The notes under the pieces were generated by a model that worked only from the letters and a program-made list of their open reading frames with translations, was not told where the DNA came from and did no database searches. The translations under genes were made by a program, and so were the position numbers. A DNA stretch of 44,665 nucleotides from a virus (lineage: Duplodnaviria; Caudoviricetes), in IMG/VR virus record IMGVR_UViG_3300016670_000033, positions 1 to 44,665 of that record; one strand, 5' to 3'. Shown here in pieces: positions 42,305-44,665 of this stretch; position 1 is the stretch's first letter; each line of letters starts with the position of its first letter.

Positions 42305-42712
42305 TTATGCGCGACTAATGCCACGGGGATCTTGAACTACCCCCTCGACAGAGTCATCGTTGATAATGCGGAATTCGCGTCCATGAATCTTCAGGCGCGA
42401 GCCAGCGTGGGGTCTAACCAAAATAAAGTCACCAACCTTACACCACGGACCAGACGGGAACCGCTCTTTGTCTTTATAACAATCAGGGCCCATCTTTGCC
42501 ACAAACAGAACCGTTGTGAGCAGTTCTTCATTGTGTACGGTGACTTCAGCTTTGACTAAACCACTGTCAAATTTATTTTCAATCTCAGGGATTGCGCAGA
42601 GAATCCGATAACCAGACGGGTCCGGTAGCTGCCTTGCTTTTTCTTCTGCAGTTTCTGGAAGTACTGTCGCCTTGTTCGGATCGTTTGTAGAACCGATTAG
42701 GATTTCACTCAT
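42305..42712 (-). CDS. groES: GroES-like co-chaperonin
   Basis: PSGYRIL, SGLV, PWCKVGDFIL..HAGSRLKIHGREFRIINDDSVEGVV; start revised to MSEILIG. Confidence 0.85.
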   Translation of the reverse strand: MSEILIGSTNDPNKATVLPETAEEKARQLPDPSGYRILCAIPEIENKFDSGLVKAEVTVHNEELLTTVLFVAKMGPDCYKDKERFPSGPWCKVGDFILVRPHAGSRLKIHGREFRIINDDSVEGVVQDPRGISRA

Positions 42713-42893
42713 CGTGATCAAGCCTTTCTGCCATTTCGGCAAGCATGTTATTTGCGATTAACAACCCACGTACTACCCCACAGGCGTGTTGATACGCCGC
42801 GTGGTCTTTGGCCTTACCTGCAACCAAATCCTCTTTGATGACTTCCTGCTCCTCTTTCAATCTTTTTGAGATGTGTAGGAGAACGTCTTTCAC
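42705..42893 (-). CDS. small helical head-module protein
   Basis: 62 aa; G.AKDHAAYQHACGVVRGL. Confidence 0.7.
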   Translation of the reverse strand: MKDVLLHISKRLKEEQEVIKEDLVAGKAKDHAAYQHACGVVRGLLIANNMLAEMAERLDHDE

Positions 42894-44665
42894 TGATTAC
42901 CCCCTTCTGTGCGACCCATTTCACGGGCAAGGTCGATACCCATGCGGAAGCCATCAACTTCTTGCTTGACTGCCTCCACGCCTTCTCTGAACTGCTGCTC
43001 CGTCTGCTCACGGGCAATCTGCGCCCCAAGTCGTGCTCCGTCAATCTCAGCTTGAGTCTGAATCCGCATCTGCTCGGTCTGAATCTGTTGAGCCTTGAGC
43101 TGTGCGTCAATCTGATCTTTCTGAGCCTTGCGCTGGACCTCAGCGGCTTTAAGCTGCAACTCTTGTTGTTGCATCTGCACAATCGGATCTTGCGCAGCTT
43201 GTTGGGCCTGAGCCTGGGCAACCTGAGCCTGATTAGCCTGAAGAAGTTTCTGTGAAGCAGCGGCGGCCAGACGAGACACCTCAACCTCGAGCTCTTCTGG
43301 CATTTCCTCGTTAGGTGCAGGATAGGGAACGCCAAGCTTCTCTTCCAGATTCTTGCGATACTGGAATGCGTAATGCTCCGCAATGTGGGCCATGAGAGCC
43401 GCCGTCATTTGAGATGCCTGGGGGTTCTGGCCAATCATCTGAGCCGTAATAGGATCCTGCATAAACGACATGTGCGTCGTGATATGCGCCGCGTGATCTT
43501 GATAGATAAACGCTTTCAATGGCTTCATATTGATAGCGTCCATGTTTTCAGACACGGGATCTTTGGGCTTCATATCGGTTTCAATCGGGACAAGCTTGGC
43601 TGCGTCTTTGATCCCAAGAACCTCCAACATCTGCCGATGTAGAAGTGGCATATCGTAGAGCTGGGGTGCGCTCTGGGCCAACTGAAGAACCGCCTGATAC
43701 TGGACAACCTTCTGAGCCATTGTCGCGGCGTTGGGGTCAGAAACAGGAATAACCTCAACATGATCATAGTCAGACCGCTTGGCCATGGGCGTCGCATTGT
43801 CCGGCTCGTACTCGTACTCTTCGGGGGTGTAGTCACGGATGATGTTCTTTAAGAGTCGGAACTCTTGCTTCATCGCGTGGTGGACCCGAGCCTGAACTGC
43901 CGACATTACTTTCAGTGTGCGCTCAAGAATCGCCAGGGTTGTTCCCACCGGGGTCTGGCCTGACATGTCGGAGATCTTCATGTCCGCTGCAGAAGCGAAG
44001 CGACGACCCTCTTCTACGATTGTGCCGAGAAGTGTGTACAGAACTTGCGACGGCTCCTTGTACGGGAGCGTCATGATGTTGTCTTTAATAGTCCCTGATG
44101 TGACGTCTACGTCTCGGAACTCTGCCGGGGCAATTGGAGTGTCGTCGCCCTTAACGCGAAGCCCTTTAGTCTTAAATCCTCCGGGGAGGTTTGAGAGCAC
44201 GCCTGCATCGACAAGCTGCCGCAGAATAGAAGTGCCGGACTTAGCAAAAGCGCCAATGAGATGGATAAGGCCAAAGCAATAGAAGCCAAATCCAGGAACG
44301 TATCCGTAGTGAACAAAGTGCTGCCGTTTCTGTTTGAGAGGATCATCTGGGTGCCAATTCCGGCGTATTGCCAAAATCGTCTGAGTGTGTTTTTCTATCG
44401 TTATTACGTACGGTAACGCGATTCCCGTAGGCTTACCTTTTTTGTCTTTATCTTCGTATCCCGGTAGGTCCAGGTCTACATGCATCTCAAGAAGTTTGAA
44501 CCGGTCATCAACTGAGGCTTTGAACCCCATCTTCTCGGCAATCTTTTTCTCGATCTCATCAAATGTATCTACTGGATCGCCCAACTCGACGTCCCGATAA
44601 AACCCAGCGACCTGCAATTTGCGCATCTCGTTTGGAGTTTTACGCATTACATGAGTTACTCGTGG
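42890..44665 (-). CDS. portal protein (5'-truncated by the window edge)
   Basis: Frame is open to the window end; FVHY..VPGFGFY..GLIH, RQLVDAG.LSNLPGGFK, VGTTLAILE, IPVSDPN, Gln-rich C-terminal barrel. Confidence 0.85.
   Translation of the reverse strand, partial: PRVTHVMRKTPNEMRKLQVAGFYRDVELGDPVDTFDEIEKKIAEKMGFKASVDDRFKLLEMHVDLDLPGYEDKDKKGKPTGIALPYVITIEKHTQTILAIRRNWHPDDPLKQKRQHFVHYGYVPGFGFYCFGLIHLIGAFAKSGTSILRQLVDAGVLSNLPGGFKTKGLRVKGDDTPIAPAEFRDVDVTSGTIKDNIMTLPYKEPSQVLYTLLGTIVEEGRRFASAADMKISDMSGQTPVGTTLAILERTLKVMSAVQARVHHAMKQEFRLLKNIIRDYTPEEYEYEPDNATPMAKRSDYDHVEVIPVSDPNAATMAQKVVQYQAVLQLAQSAPQLYDMPLLHRQMLEVLGIKDAAKLVPIETDMKPKDPVSENMDAINMKPLKAFIYQDHAAHITTHMSFMQDPITAQMIGQNPQASQMTAALMAHIAEHYAFQYRKNLEEKLGVPYPAPNEEMPEELEVEVSRLAAAASQKLLQANQAQVAQAQAQQAAQDPIVQMQQQELQLKAAEVQRKAQKDQIDAQLKAQQIQTEQMRIQTQAEIDGARLGAQIAREQTEQQFREGVEAVKQEVDGFRMGIDLAREMGRTEGGNQ

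Noticed and set aside
5171-44600. Numerous + strand and alternative-frame ORFs (e.g. 9581-10258, 28978-29598, 36771-37349, 40131-40871)
   Set aside because: They lie within well-supported minus-strand genes, have no recognisable motifs, and are explained by codon bias on the coding strand
1-44665. tRNA genes, integrase/att sites, reverse transcriptase/DGR, stop-codon reassignment
   Set aside because: None seen: intergenic gaps are too short or lack a cloverleaf, no RT or integrase motifs were found, and genes tile cleanly under the standard code using all three stop codons

Overview
The window is about 44.7 kb of a tailed dsDNA phage genome, podovirus-like by gene order (no tape measure, sheath or baseplate genes; large ejection proteins at the end of the structural operon). 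It is densely coded and almost entirely on the minus strand. From the right end leftwards: 5'-truncated portal, GroES co-chaperonin, scaffold, capsid accessory genes, Mu gpT-like major capsid protein followed by an intrinsic terminator and a compact double-pseudoknot RNA element, a run of small Lys/Met/Gly-rich ORFs interrupted by an antisense NUMOD4-HNH gene, head-tail/tail genes with a second HNH, a tail fibre, a cassette of four different 2OG-Fe(II) oxygenases, a Gly/Cys-rich adhesin-like protein, a chaperone and two paralogous cupins, holin and GH24 lysozyme, tail stabilisation protein, and ejection proteins ending in a 2845-aa polyvalent protein (C5 DNA methyltransferase-like, HExxH zincin, LPD38-like). 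A divergent promoter region with a perfect 20-bp palindrome separates a + strand RusA-like gene from a leftward recombination/early operon (PD-(D/E)XK nuclease, ERF, SSB-like, RHH/HTH regulators). The most notable signals are (i) a recurring [M/Y/F]-x-x-G-G motif at module boundaries of otherwise unrelated putative internal-virion proteins, (ii) the oxygenase/cupin cassette around a G-X-Y-rich adhesin, and (iii) the terminator/promoter/pseudoknot RNA unit after the capsid gene. All family assignments come from manual motif recognition; no database searches were run.
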